The position numbers and the translations under genes were made by a program. Below are positions 1 through 11,789 of a stretch of 64,000 bases of DNA, piece by piece. The notes under the pieces were generated by a model, which was given only the letters and a program-made list of their open reading frames with translations, had not been told where the DNA came from and did no database searches. The DNA comes from the human T2T-CHM13v2.0 reference genome, Homo sapiens: NCBI RefSeq assembly GCF_009914755.1, contig NC_060943.1. One strand, 5' to 3'. Position 1 is the first letter of the stretch. Each line of letters opens with the position of its first letter.

Positions 1-1460
1 CAATCAGGCCTCTCAGAAGTCAAGGTCCTATGACTAGGAATGTTAAACTGGGCAGCCTGGGTGGGGGACCAGCTGGGGTGGAGGCTTGTGGCTCAGGGAC
101 TGTGGGGACAGGGAGGCCTGGACTCCCGGGGGTGGAAGAAGTGGAGGCAGGATGGAGAGAGGGATGGGTATGGGAGGGGAGGGAAGGAGAGGAGACAGTG
201 GGTTCTGGAGGAAAGAGAGGGGTTCCGGGGGGTTCCGGGAGAGTGGGCCAGCAGGGACGAACCAGCCAGGGCTGAGGACGGGGGAGGGAGGAGAGAGCCA
301 AGACATTGAGCCCTTTTAAGGCAGCAGGAACCCTGGCCCCCTCCCCCGCCCCAGGCCTGGCAGGGGAGGGGCCGCGAGATGCAGCTCGGGCCACAAAAGG
401 AGTGCTCCTCCCGGGAGCGCCAGACCCCTACCCCACCCGGTCTCAGTTTACCCTGCCAACCCAACTTCATCCTCTACTAAAGGGAGGCCAGGAGAGTCAT
501 TAGGGGCTGTGGGAGGTTGGGAGAAGGTTTTTCCAGAGGCTGAATGGCCTGGCCCTTCTTGGCCTCCACCTTCCCATCTGTGAAATGGGAGGAGGAGGGA
601 AAGGAACCAGGCCTGGGTCAGAAAGAGATGGACACAAGAGGAAGCAGGGGAAGGCGGAGAAACAGGAAACAAGTGTCACACACAGTTTGTTACACACAGG
701 CCAAAAACCAAACACCAGTCACTGAGGGCCAGACATATGAGGGCCAGAGGGGCAGGGTGCTGGGAATGAAAGAAACCAGTGACCAGTGAGCCCGAGTCCT
801 GGGCTTGGGGAGGAGGTGGGCAGACAAGGCAGCTGGCAGAAGCGGAAGCATCCTCCTTCCAGCCCTGGCCCCAGGCCCTGGAAAGCCCTTGCAAGAAGGG
901 GTTTTGTGGGACAGCTGGAAGGTTGGAGGCCCTGGGCCAGGAGAACTAAAGGACGCAGGGACCCGGGGTGGCGGGAATGGTGGCTGACCCACACGGCTCA
1001 TAGGAACCGAGACTTTGGGGCTGGGGGTGGGGGTGGGTGCAGAACCTACAAAAGAAGGAGACACACCCAGAAGAACCCAAAGTTGTCCCTCCTGGATCGC
1101 AGAGGAGGGGGCACTGGTGGCGCCTGTCTGCAAAGCTGGTTCTCCCACAGGGCCCGCGTGAGTCACCGCCCTCCCAGCGCCTGGGCACCTGTTGGGGCAG
1201 CTGGAGAGGCTGGCGCCGAACACCTGCCTGTCGGCTGCGCCCCTGGCAGCTGCCCCATGCTGGCCCTCCTGGCTTGCCCCAGGCCACAGGAAACCAGGGG
1301 AGAGGGCCATAGAGCCCACTTTTGGGGGGAGGGTCCTAGGAGAGGGAGCTCCCAGCATGACCCTGACCCTGACCCTGAGGCGGGGTGCAGAGAGGCCATG
1401 GGAGGCTGTTGGCAGCCTAGCCTGCTGTGACTCCTAAGCCATGGCTCTGAGTCACAGCCA
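1..1460. promoter_or_regulatory. DMPK: DMPK intron 1 muscle-type enhancer motif cluster
   Basis: Perfect CArG CCTTTTAAGG 312-321; E-boxes CAGCTG at 70, 830, 912, 1198, 1247 and CACCTG at 1186, 1221; AP-1 TGAGTCA at 1159, 1448; GGAATG at 37, 763, 974; repeat-free region. Confidence 0.55.
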
Positions 1461-1682
1461 CCCTAGCCTCTGCTGACCTTACTCTGCCCCTCCAGAGTGG
1501 TGGCATAGGACAGAGAAATGTTGCCCCAGGGCCCAGGTCCACACTCTGAGCCCCAGGATGGGAGGATCTCCCCATGCCCATCCTGCCATCCTGCCCCCCC
1601 CAACAGCCAGGCCTCTGTGCCCAGACCTGTCTCCTGCCCCACCCCCACCCCATCTGCAGGAGCCCCGAGGGTAGGCACTCAC

Positions 1683-1842
1683 CCCACTGCAAGAAGTCGG
1701 CCACGTACTTGTCCTGGGCCAGTTCGGAGGCGCCCAGCTCCTGGTGGACGCCCAGGAGAAGGTCGAGCAGGGGCTCCAGCCCCAGGAAGCCCGGGTCCAA
1801 CACCAGCTGCTGGAGCCGCCTCAGCCGCACCTCGGCTGACAT
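1683..1842 (-). CDS. DMPK: DMPK (myotonic dystrophy protein kinase) coding exon 1; remainder of gene lies left of the window
   Basis: Translates MSAEVRLRRLQQLVLDPGFLGLEPLLDLLLGVHQELGASELAQDKYVADFLQW (DMPK leucine-rich N-terminus); 160 nt; donor G|GTGAGT at 1682. Confidence 0.97.
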
Positions 1843-2450
1843 GTTGGACAGGCAGCACCATGGCCCCTCCCCGGGCCGGGGGCTCGGGGTCCTCCTGTCA
1901 CAGGGCCTGGCAGCCCCTGTCCAGGCCCTGGAGCCCTGGCTGCATGTCTGCCTGTCCCTGGCTGTCCCCTGGGCCTCTCTGGCCACTTCTCTCTGCGGCC
2001 GGCCGAGGCCTCCTCCCCTTCTCCCCACCCCTTGGTCCAGCCCCCCTCCCGCCTCCCAGCCTTAACCCCTCACAAGCCAGCCCCCCAAGCTCCCTCCTTC
2101 CAGGGCCCTTCAGAACCCTTCAGTGCTAGAGTAGGGGGAATGCATGGAGAATCTCAGCTGTCACACTGTCACCCCAATAAAAAGGTAGAGCACAGAGGAA
2201 GCCACAGGTGTGATGAATTTCAAGAAGAACCTGCCCATTGCTGAAACAGGGCCAATTGAGGCTGAGTGACCCAGTAGCAACCACCCCCTTGCTCCCGACA
2301 AGCTCCAGAACTGGGGGCTAGGGGGTGAGGGCTGGGGGTTGGGGCTGGGTGGGAGAAAGGGGTTGAGGCCTGGGAAGGGGACGGGAGGCCAGGGCAGCTT
2401 CTTGGGTGACTCAGAGATGGATTCCGACTCGGACAGTTAAATTTAGCCCT
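1843..2450 (-). promoter_or_regulatory. DMPK: DMPK 5' UTR and proximal promoter (GC-rich)
   Basis: Immediately upstream of DMPK ATG; GC boxes ~2040-2060, TEAD-like GGAATG 2137-2142, AP-1 TGACTCA 2407-2413, MEF2-type TTAAATTTAG 2437-2446; TSS (~1980-2050) inferred, not visible. Confidence 0.7.
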
Positions 2451-3732
2451 CAGGCTCTCTGCTTTATACCAGCTTTTTTTTTTTTTTTTTTTTTTTTTCC
2501 CAGGAGGTGGGGAAGGGGTGGTGAGGACAGGACCAGGAGGGGGCACCCTCAGAGCCTGAACAGGGGTGACCTGCTGCCCAAAGGCTGGGGGAGGAAAGTG
2601 GTGGAGCCAAGCCCTCCCTGGGCAAACGAGACCCCAAAATAGCTCCTTGGCCCCTGGCCGGGGAGCCACATTCCTGCCCAGGCTGGGATTAGAAACAGAA
2701 ACATTTCGGGGGGTGGAGGGTGGCGCGGGAAGACACACTCCCTGCGGCTCCGAGAGCCAAGAGGAATCTGAGCTCTTCTTTCCAGGGTGGACGGTTCTCC
2801 AGAGTGGAAGTCGGGGCCTCCAACCGGCCTGGGGTGCCTGGGCCTTGAGAGGGCCAGGCCTGAGAAACTAGGAGGCAAGGACCGAGGAGTCCCAGCTGGG
2901 CAGGGCCTGGGAAACGTGGTCCTGGGCAGTTCTGATAATTTAAAAAACACCGAGGACTTTGATGAGGGGCCCTGGCTGCGGGCAGGATGCTCTTCTCCCC
3001 AAGAGGGTCCTGCTCCAGCCGCTGGTGTGGGTCACCAGTTGTGTGACTCGCAGGTCCGTTCCCTCCCTGGGCTCCGGCTTTTCCTGCTATGAAAAGGGGT
3101 GGGAGGCGCTGGGCTGGGAGCAGGCCTGCACTCCTCCTCTGGGGAAAGCGGACTGCCTAGAACCACAGAGTACACACACAGGTCCTCTACATCATCTCCT
3201 CCGAAGGGGACAGACCCGCTGAGAAAACAGGGAACTTTAGTATAAATAAGAGGTCCTGCGGGACAGGGAGGAACCTGAGGGGCTTCCATAATTTAACACT
3301 CTTCAAAAGCACAGACAATAGCAAGGGCAGCTGGGGTGGGGGCCGGGCGAGGGCTGGACCACCCCCGGCCCTGCCCACTCAACTGAGGGGCACACTGCAG
3401 ACCTGGGGCTCTTGTGGCAGGGGCGGGGAGTCTCTCCCCAGGAGTGACCAGTCACATGCTGGGGACAGGGATGAGGGTAACACTGATGTTTCAGAGGAAG
3501 AGGTCATTGTACTTGGCAGTGGGTGGGGGACAAGGCTGAGGCCACAAGGGCTATTACATCGCCCGTGTCCGGGCCAGTCTGGGGGGCCCCCAAATTTTGT
3601 GCAGGTGGGGGGACTGGAGCAGTCCATCCATCATGGTTAGTCTTGTTAATACGTTGATCTGTGAGGTCAGCAGGGAGGGTTATGGCTAGGAGGCTGGGGG
3701 CATGGGGTTGGGGGGGCCCGATATCCATGGCT
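2440..3732 (-). other. DMWD: DMWD 3' UTR (approximate end)
   Basis: Follows stop at 3733; no AATAAA/ATTAAA seen on minus strand; variant TATAAA at 2463-2468 after a genomic A25 tract (2474-2498). Confidence 0.6.
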
Positions 3733-3780
3733 TCACACCACTGTGCCACTCGGGGAGTTGCCTGGTTGGGAGGAGATGCC
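3733..3780 (-). CDS. DMWD: DMWD coding exon 5 (last): GISSQPGNSPSGTVV*
   Basis: Acceptor TCTTCCCCAG|GGC; TGA at 3735-3733; exons 1-5 sum to 674 aa. Confidence 0.9.
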   Translation of the reverse strand, partial: GISSQPGNSPSGTVV

Positions 3781-4130
3781 CTGGGGAAGATGAGAGGGAG
3801 AGATGGGAGGGGTTAGAGACCACCTGGGCTTCAGCCAGTGTCAAGGGGAGGGAGCCAGCCCAGAGTCCCCAAAGCTGCTGCCACCCTGGCCTTGCCCTTG
3901 GGTCCGCCCTAGACCCCCCAGAGGCCACTGCTCTAGGCTGGGAACTTGCATCTTAGCTAGCTTCCTGTCCTGGCAGTCAGCACTTTCACGCAATAATCAA
4001 AGTCCTTGGCGGATCCTGAGTGAGACCATGGGGTAAGGGTAAGGGTGGGAGGGGAGGGGGAAACTGGAGCTCCCTTCTAACTTGGGAGGGACCCTGAGGT
4101 GCTGGGGAAAGAACTCAGGGACAGTCCTAC

Positions 4131-4205
4131 CTCTACCACTGACTTGCTGGGTGACCTGGGCCAACTTCCTTCCCCTGTCTGGGCCTCGGTCTCCTCGTCT
4201 GTGAA
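4131..4205 (-). CDS. DMWD: DMWD coding exon 4 (75 nt, phase 0-0 cassette): FTDEETEAQTGEGSWPRSPSKSVVE
   Basis: Acceptor CTCCGTAG|TTC, donor GAG|GTAGGA; open frame; completes 674 aa. Confidence 0.85.
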
Positions 4206-4534
4206 CTACGGAGACAGAGGGGTCTCTTTTAGGACTCAACCAGACTCCCCAAATCCCACCACTCTTGCCTCTGAGTCACTCAGACTGTGCTCTCAAGTTC
4301 TAGGGACTCAGGACTCTACGATTCCAAAACTGAGGATCTGAGGAACCAAGCCACGGCCTCCAGGACCCTGGGCAACTGAGTCCAAGCCCTAAGAAGCTGA
4401 GACACCCAAGACGAGCTCCGAACTTACAAGATGCCAGGCCTGATTCGCCTACTATGACCTTCCCAACGCCACAGCCCACCCAGGAGGCAAGCACATCCAC
4501 CCACTGCCCATCCTACAGGCTCTGTTCTAAGAGG

Positions 4535-4610
4535 TGATGAGTTGGAGGTCAGAGGGGGCAGTGACTTGTCCAGGGTCACAGAGGGAGTGGGACTGGAACC
4601 CAGGCCTGGG
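4535..4610 (+). mobile_element. MIR SINE fragment in DMWD intron 3
   Basis: GAGGTCAGAGGGGGCAGTGACTTGTCCAGGGTCACAGAG...GGAACCCAGG resembles the MIR core. Confidence 0.65.
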
Positions 4611-5083
4611 ATTCCCAGCCTGTGCCTTCAGCAGGAGGCTCAGATCCTGAGTCCCAGACCCAGGCTGGCAGCCATGCCCACAGGCTTGAGCTCGCCCCTA
4701 GTTTTGGCCTGAAGTACTCAAAAAAGTTTCACGATTTAAAAAACAGATGTTCAACAGAAATAGATTCTGGTTCGAGTGACAGGCAGTAAGACCTGGCCAT
4801 GTGGGGCCCATCTGCTGCCCTTCAGACGGCCAGCCTTGGATGCCCCAATTCCTAGCTGGCTCTCACACCCACCCCTCTTTCTGCTGCCTGCTGCCTAGGG
4901 CTAGACCCCCTCACTCTAAGGATCTGAGAGGTCTTGTTCTGAGACACTAAGATTTCCCTGGCTTCCCCTCACCCCACGGAGCCAGAGGCTGTGACAGCAA
5001 CAAAGCCCTCTCTCTGCCAATGCCTGCCTCTTCCCACGAAAGGTCCTGCCAGGTCCCCGGCAGGCTGGTGTGGGGCCACTCAC

Positions 5084-6361
5084 CGCCTTGCCCGGCCGGG
5101 CCCAGGTGCAGATGAGGCCCTCCTGGCAGGCAGTGATGATGCAGTCCTCCAGGAACAGGAGGACTGTGAGCCGCTCCTGGGCGATCTTCTTGCACACAAG
5201 GGGCTCCAGCAGGGGCACCTCGTGGATGCGCGGGCACAGCGCAGTGCCCAGCACCTTGGCGGGGTCCAGGCGGCTGCGGGGAACAGGGCCGCTGGGCTTC
5301 TCCCCACCACTGCCACTGCCGCCACTGCCACCCCGGCTGATGTTGCCCAGGCTGTGGTAGCGCTTGTGCTCCTTCTCTGCCCCCCGGTCCCGCCGCTCCT
5401 GCAGTGTGAGCGTGGCGAAGCGGCCAATGCTGAATGGTGTGCCAGGCTCTGCCGCCACACCCGGGCCGCCCGCCTTGCCCCCGCCAGCTGGGTGCGGGAG
5501 ACTGTTGGAGCGGGACAGCGAGCGAGGCAGGGGGCCTGGGCCAGGCTCGCCACCCCTCGAGCTGCTGGCGGCCGGTGGCGTGGTGCCAGGTGTGCCAGGG
5601 AGGGTGCGGGTGCGGGCCAGGGGCGGGTGCGGGTAGAGCACGTCTTCAGTGAGGTCCCACAGGCAGAACTGCGTGTCCTGGCCCGCCGAGCCAAAGCGGT
5701 AAGTAATGGAGCCAGCCTTGGGCAGTGGAGAGAGTGGGGCGCCCCCGGCCGAGCCTGTGCCCGCAGCCTCGGGCTCCTCCTCCTCCTCTTCGCCGCTCCG
5801 CTCCCCATCAGCACCGGCTGCTGTCGCCGCCTCCTCTGCCCTTGTGGTGTAGGGGTCAAAGGCCACAGCGTTGACCCAGGACTTGTGGCCATGGCCTCGA
5901 GCCACCACGCGGCCCTCGGTGAAGGACCACACGGTGACCAGGTCATCTTCGCCACCCGTCACCACGTAGCGGCCGTCAGGGCTCCAGCACACACACAGCA
6001 GGCCCCCAAAGTAGCTCTTCATGAGCCCACGCAGGAGCATGGAGTCGAAGTGGAAGACGCGCAGGCAGCCATCCTGGCTCACACAGGCCAGGTGCCGGCC
6101 ATCGGGCGAGAAGGCGAACTCGTTGAGGGGCCCCTCACCCACCGCCCACTTGGCCAGCGGGTTGCGGGGTGCCTTGCTCTTGGCAGCATAGACAGAGAAG
6201 CCCTCGCCCTGCTTCAGCAGGCTGTACTGGGGCGGGGCCGAGGCGCAGGGGTGGCTGACGTTGTACAGGTACAGGTGGCCACTGGCGTGTGATGCCAGGA
6301 ACAGGCTCTCCGACTCAGGCAGCCACTTCAGATATGTCACCTTGGTCTTGTCGATCAACCG
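5084..6361 (-). CDS. DMWD: DMWD coding exon 3 (WD40 repeats)
   Basis: ORF 4916..6439 contains WD40 repeats (FAFSPDGRHLACVSQDGCLRVFH, CWSPDGRYVVTGGEDDLVTVW, GHKSWVNAVAFD); CAG|CGG acceptor, GCG|GTGAGT donor; 1278 nt. Confidence 0.96.
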
Positions 6362-6662
6362 CTGCCAGGGGAGACAGTGTGGGGTTGGGAGAAGGCAGTA
6401 AAACCCAGGCAGAACTTCTCCCCGACCCAAAGTCCCCAAGAAGGCCGTTGGACATGGCCCCGCTCACACAGCAGGTGCCACACCAGGCCCAGGTCCTCCT
6501 CGGAGAGAAGCTCCCAAACTGGGGAAGACAGATGGACACCAGGTCATGGAAACATGGGGAAACAGAGGCTGCTGCAAGGTGGCCACAGGGTGCTCCAAGG
6601 AGCCTCGATGTCCCATCTTTGGCGAGGGGACAGTCCTGCTTGCCACAGAATTGTCCTGTATC

Positions 6663-6995
6663 TCGGGGTCCTCAACCTCCGGGCCATGGAACAGTAGTGG
6701 TCCGTGGCCTGTTAGGAACCAGGCCATGCAGCAGGAGGTGAGTGGTGGGCGAGCAGGCATTACAGCCTGAGCCCAGCCTCCTACCGGAGCAGCGCACCAT
6801 TCAATCCTCGTAAGAGTGCGAACCCCACCATGAACTATGCATGCGAGGGATCTAGGTGTGCGCTCCTTATTAGAATCTAACACCTGATGATCAGAGGCAG
6901 AACGGTTTCATCCCAAAACCATCCCCCCAACAGTCTGTGGAAAAACTGTCTTCCATAAGACCAGTCCCTGGTGCCAAAATGGTTGGGGACCACTG
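6663..6995 (+). mobile_element. MER1-type (hAT-Charlie) non-autonomous DNA transposon
   Basis: Terminal inverted repeats CGGGGTCCTCAACC ... GGTTGGGGACCACTG and the characteristic GTCCGTGGCCTGTTAGGAACC...GCAGCAGGAGGTGAG body. Confidence 0.8.
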
Positions 6996-7275
6996 TATCT
7001 GTCTAACCCTCCCCCGATCTTTACTACGTCAGGCTTCAAGTAGGAAATTTCTTTACGGAAAGGCAGCTCCCCAAAGGAAGCGATCTTTGTTTGGTTCACT
7101 ATTCTTTAAAGCAGTGCACACAGGAGGCAGCTTGAAGGTAATTCCTGGACAAATGAGTGACAACCCCCCATCCCGCTAGGTGCTTAGACAAAAAACCTCG
7201 GCATCTGCCCCTCTTTTCCTCATCCAATCCTTCCACAAATCCTGTGGGCTCGACCTTCAAAATACACCCAGAAGT

Positions 7276-7611
<336 letters not shown>

Positions 7612-8106
7612 TCACCATCCCATTCAACCACCCCAAGCCTGCAATGCTGTGTGACTGGCCTCAGGCTCCAATGCCTGGGCCTGTCTGTCCTCTGCAGCCG
7701 CCACAGCGATGCTCTGTGAAGTATCAGCCAGCACCTGGCACTGTCCTGCTCTGAACACTTCGCAGCCTCTCTCAAGCAGGGTTCCAGAGCCTGAGGCCCT
7801 AATGCTCTCAGGCAGCCAGTGTATGCAACTAAGGAGCTGCTCTCCCAGGATGAGGTGCCTCCCATCCCTGGGAGAACTGAACAAATAATCACTCTAGTCA
7901 CTTCTGCCTTCCAGGGCTCAGGTGAGCCCCAATGAGAAAGGCTCCTCCACAGGCTTCCAACTAAGAGTAAGGCAAAATCTCTCCGTGACCTTCCAGACTC
8001 TCCATGAGCCAGCCCCTCCGTTATTTCTTGGAACTCATCTACCATCTTCTCTCCCTCAGTAACTGCACTGGCCACACGGCTTCTGTGCAATCCTGCATTT
8101 GTCCTA

Positions 8107-8487
<381 letters not shown>

Positions 8488-8949
8488 TCAGTATCACCTC
8501 TTAGTGAGGGCTTTCCTGACCACCCTACTAAACTCTCCAAGCTTCCCTCAGCCCCTTCCCCACTGCTTCTTCTAAACAGGCCTTAATCACCTGCTGACAC
8601 ACGAAGACTTAACTTGATTAACTGTCTGTCTCCCCAGCTAGACTGAAAGCTCCAAAAGGGCAGGGCCTCCTGTCCAGGGCCCTGAGATGTGATATCCCTA
8701 GTGCTGGGAACGGTGCCTGGCACAGAACGGATGCTCAAAAACTATTTGTGAATGGATGAGCTAATGAATTTTTAATCCACTGACTGTTCCGTTCACTCCC
8801 TTCAGCCATTCACTCATTCTGAGAATATTTATGGAACACCTCCTCTGGACCAGAGAGAATGAGACAGAAGCCAAGAGCAGTCCCTGCCCGCGGATAAGGT
8901 CGTTTACTGGTATCTCCTCGTAGGCCAAGTTGGCCCAGGACTGAGCAAT

Positions 8950-9180
8950 CTCCATGTATGATTCTACAACAGCGGTCCTGCAAGGTAGGAACTGGAATCC
9001 CATTTTGCAGAGGAGGAGAAGTGAGGCTCAGAGAATGGTCACCTTCCCAAAGTCACATGATGAGTAAATGGTGCAGCAGGGCTTTGAATCCAAAGCCTCC
9101 AGAGCCCAGAACTCAAAGAGCAAGGGCATCAACTAAGTCCCGACTTATTTACTAGCCTCAATTCTCTAATCTGCAAAATG
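8950..9180. mobile_element. MIR fragments (with L2-like remnants to the left, ~8480-8900)
   Basis: CATTTTGCAGAGGAGGAGAAGTGAGGCTCAGAGAATGG...AAAGTCACA MIR core. Confidence 0.65.
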
Positions 9181-9212
9181 GGCAGCACACTTCTGTATCC
9201 ACTGGTTGATGA

Positions 9213-10297
<1,085 letters not shown>

Positions 10298-10394
10298 TCA
10301 GGCCTACACTGTTCCGCAGGCAGCTGCATCCTAATGGCATATAGTGGGTAGGTGAGAAGGCAGAGAAATTGGGGGCTCTGGGGGCTGCAATCAC

Positions 10395-10577
10395 CTCCTC
10401 ATTGAACAGCTTGCTGGTGTCCTTTTTGATGAGATCCAGGTACTGCACTTGACCCGCTGAGAAGCCCACCAGCAGCGAGATGGTCTCGGTGGCAGCAGTG
10501 AACTGGTTGAAATCGTGGCAGGTGGGCTGGGTGCCCTTGTAGATCCGCTTGTCAATTGGCTTGTTGAGGTCAATGGA
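10395..10577 (-). CDS. DMWD: DMWD coding exon 2
   Basis: SIDLNKPIDKRIYKGTQPTCHDFNQF...KLFNEE; AAG|TCC acceptor, GAG|GTGATT donor; 183 nt. Confidence 0.95.
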
Positions 10578-11789
10578 CTTGAGGGGTGGGAGAAAAGGAG
10601 TTAATGGTGTATGCCACTGAGGAGAAGGAAGAGGATGTTGAGGTTGGGGGAAACCACTAAGAGGAAGCAGGGTTAGAACCCAGAGGGAAGTGGGGAGGTG
10701 AGTAGGTGGATTGCGAAGGACGGGGCAACCACAGACGGGAAGGGGACCCAAATCACAGACAAGAGTAGCAAAAAAGATGGTAAGGATCCCCCTTGACCAC
10801 AGTGCCTCCCCAAAGTTGGGTCACCTCTAATTCAGAGACACCCTTGTCCACATAATCAGGGTTCTGGGTCCACACAGTTCCTAAGCTCCGATTCCTTTTA
10901 GCCTCACCACTCCATCCTATAACCTCAGCAACTCCCTTGGGACCTAGTACCACACTATTCCAAGACCCCCAAACCTTGAGGTCACCCAAATTTCCAGGAC
11001 TCTAAAGCCTAACATCCTAGCATTCTCTTCACTTTGTAGTCCCTAAACCGCCACAGTTCTGGGACCCGTCAAACCTCACGGTCTCCCACATTTTAGGCCC
11101 ATTTATTACCTAGGGGCTCCGAAGGATCCCCATCATTTCTGGGATCACCATAAACGGCCAGGGTTCTCACCACATCGCTTTAGAGATGTCCTGAATCACA
11201 CCTGCAGATTCCCCTGCCAGGGCCTCTCATTCCCTTGAGAGCTCCCATCAGCTTCCGGACGCTCATCTCCTCCAGGACCCTCATGACTTCCAGACCCCAA
11301 TTTTCTCTAGAATCCCATTCAGCTTCTGGATCCCCTATCACCTTCAAGGCCCCCATCACTTCTAGACTTCTCCTCATTCCTGGGCTCAATCTCAAGACCC
11401 CTCTCCCACACCTCCAGGCTGCAATACTGGGTTCTCCATCACCTCTGGGCTTGCATCACCTCATGATTCCCCATTACCTGCAGAATGCCTGCCACCCCAG
11501 AACCCGGGGGATCCCACCTCATCTCAGATACCCCATCATGTCCAATAGTCACCATCCCAGAACTCCTACGCATAACGGGGGTAAAGGGGATTTCCCCCAT
11601 CACCTCCAAGATGCCTGCCCAGCACCCCGCGGGCCTCTCATCACATTTCAGAATCCTGTACTCCCTCCAATGCTGTCGCCCTACAACGTCCATCACATTT
11701 AGAATGCCTATCTCAGGGCCCCATATCAATTCGGGGACCCTCCTATCAGTTCTCTGGAACCTCCATCCTTTCAGCACCCAGGGCCCCAC

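Noticed and set aside
1-1682. DM1 (CTG)n repeat
   Set aside because: It lies in the DMPK 3' UTR, left of this window; no CTG/CAG tract is present here
690-2129. Several 200+ aa ORFs in DMPK intron 1 and promoter
   Set aside because: Pro/Gly/Ala-rich low-complexity translations expected in stop-poor GC-rich DNA
2175-2180. Plus-strand AATAAA upstream of DMPK
   Set aside because: Wrong strand for DMWD; may end promoter-antisense RNA but there is no supporting evidence in the sequence
4991-6292. 433-aa plus-strand ORF
   Set aside because: Antisense shadow of GC-rich DMWD exon 3; no recognisable domain and starts at a non-ATG codon
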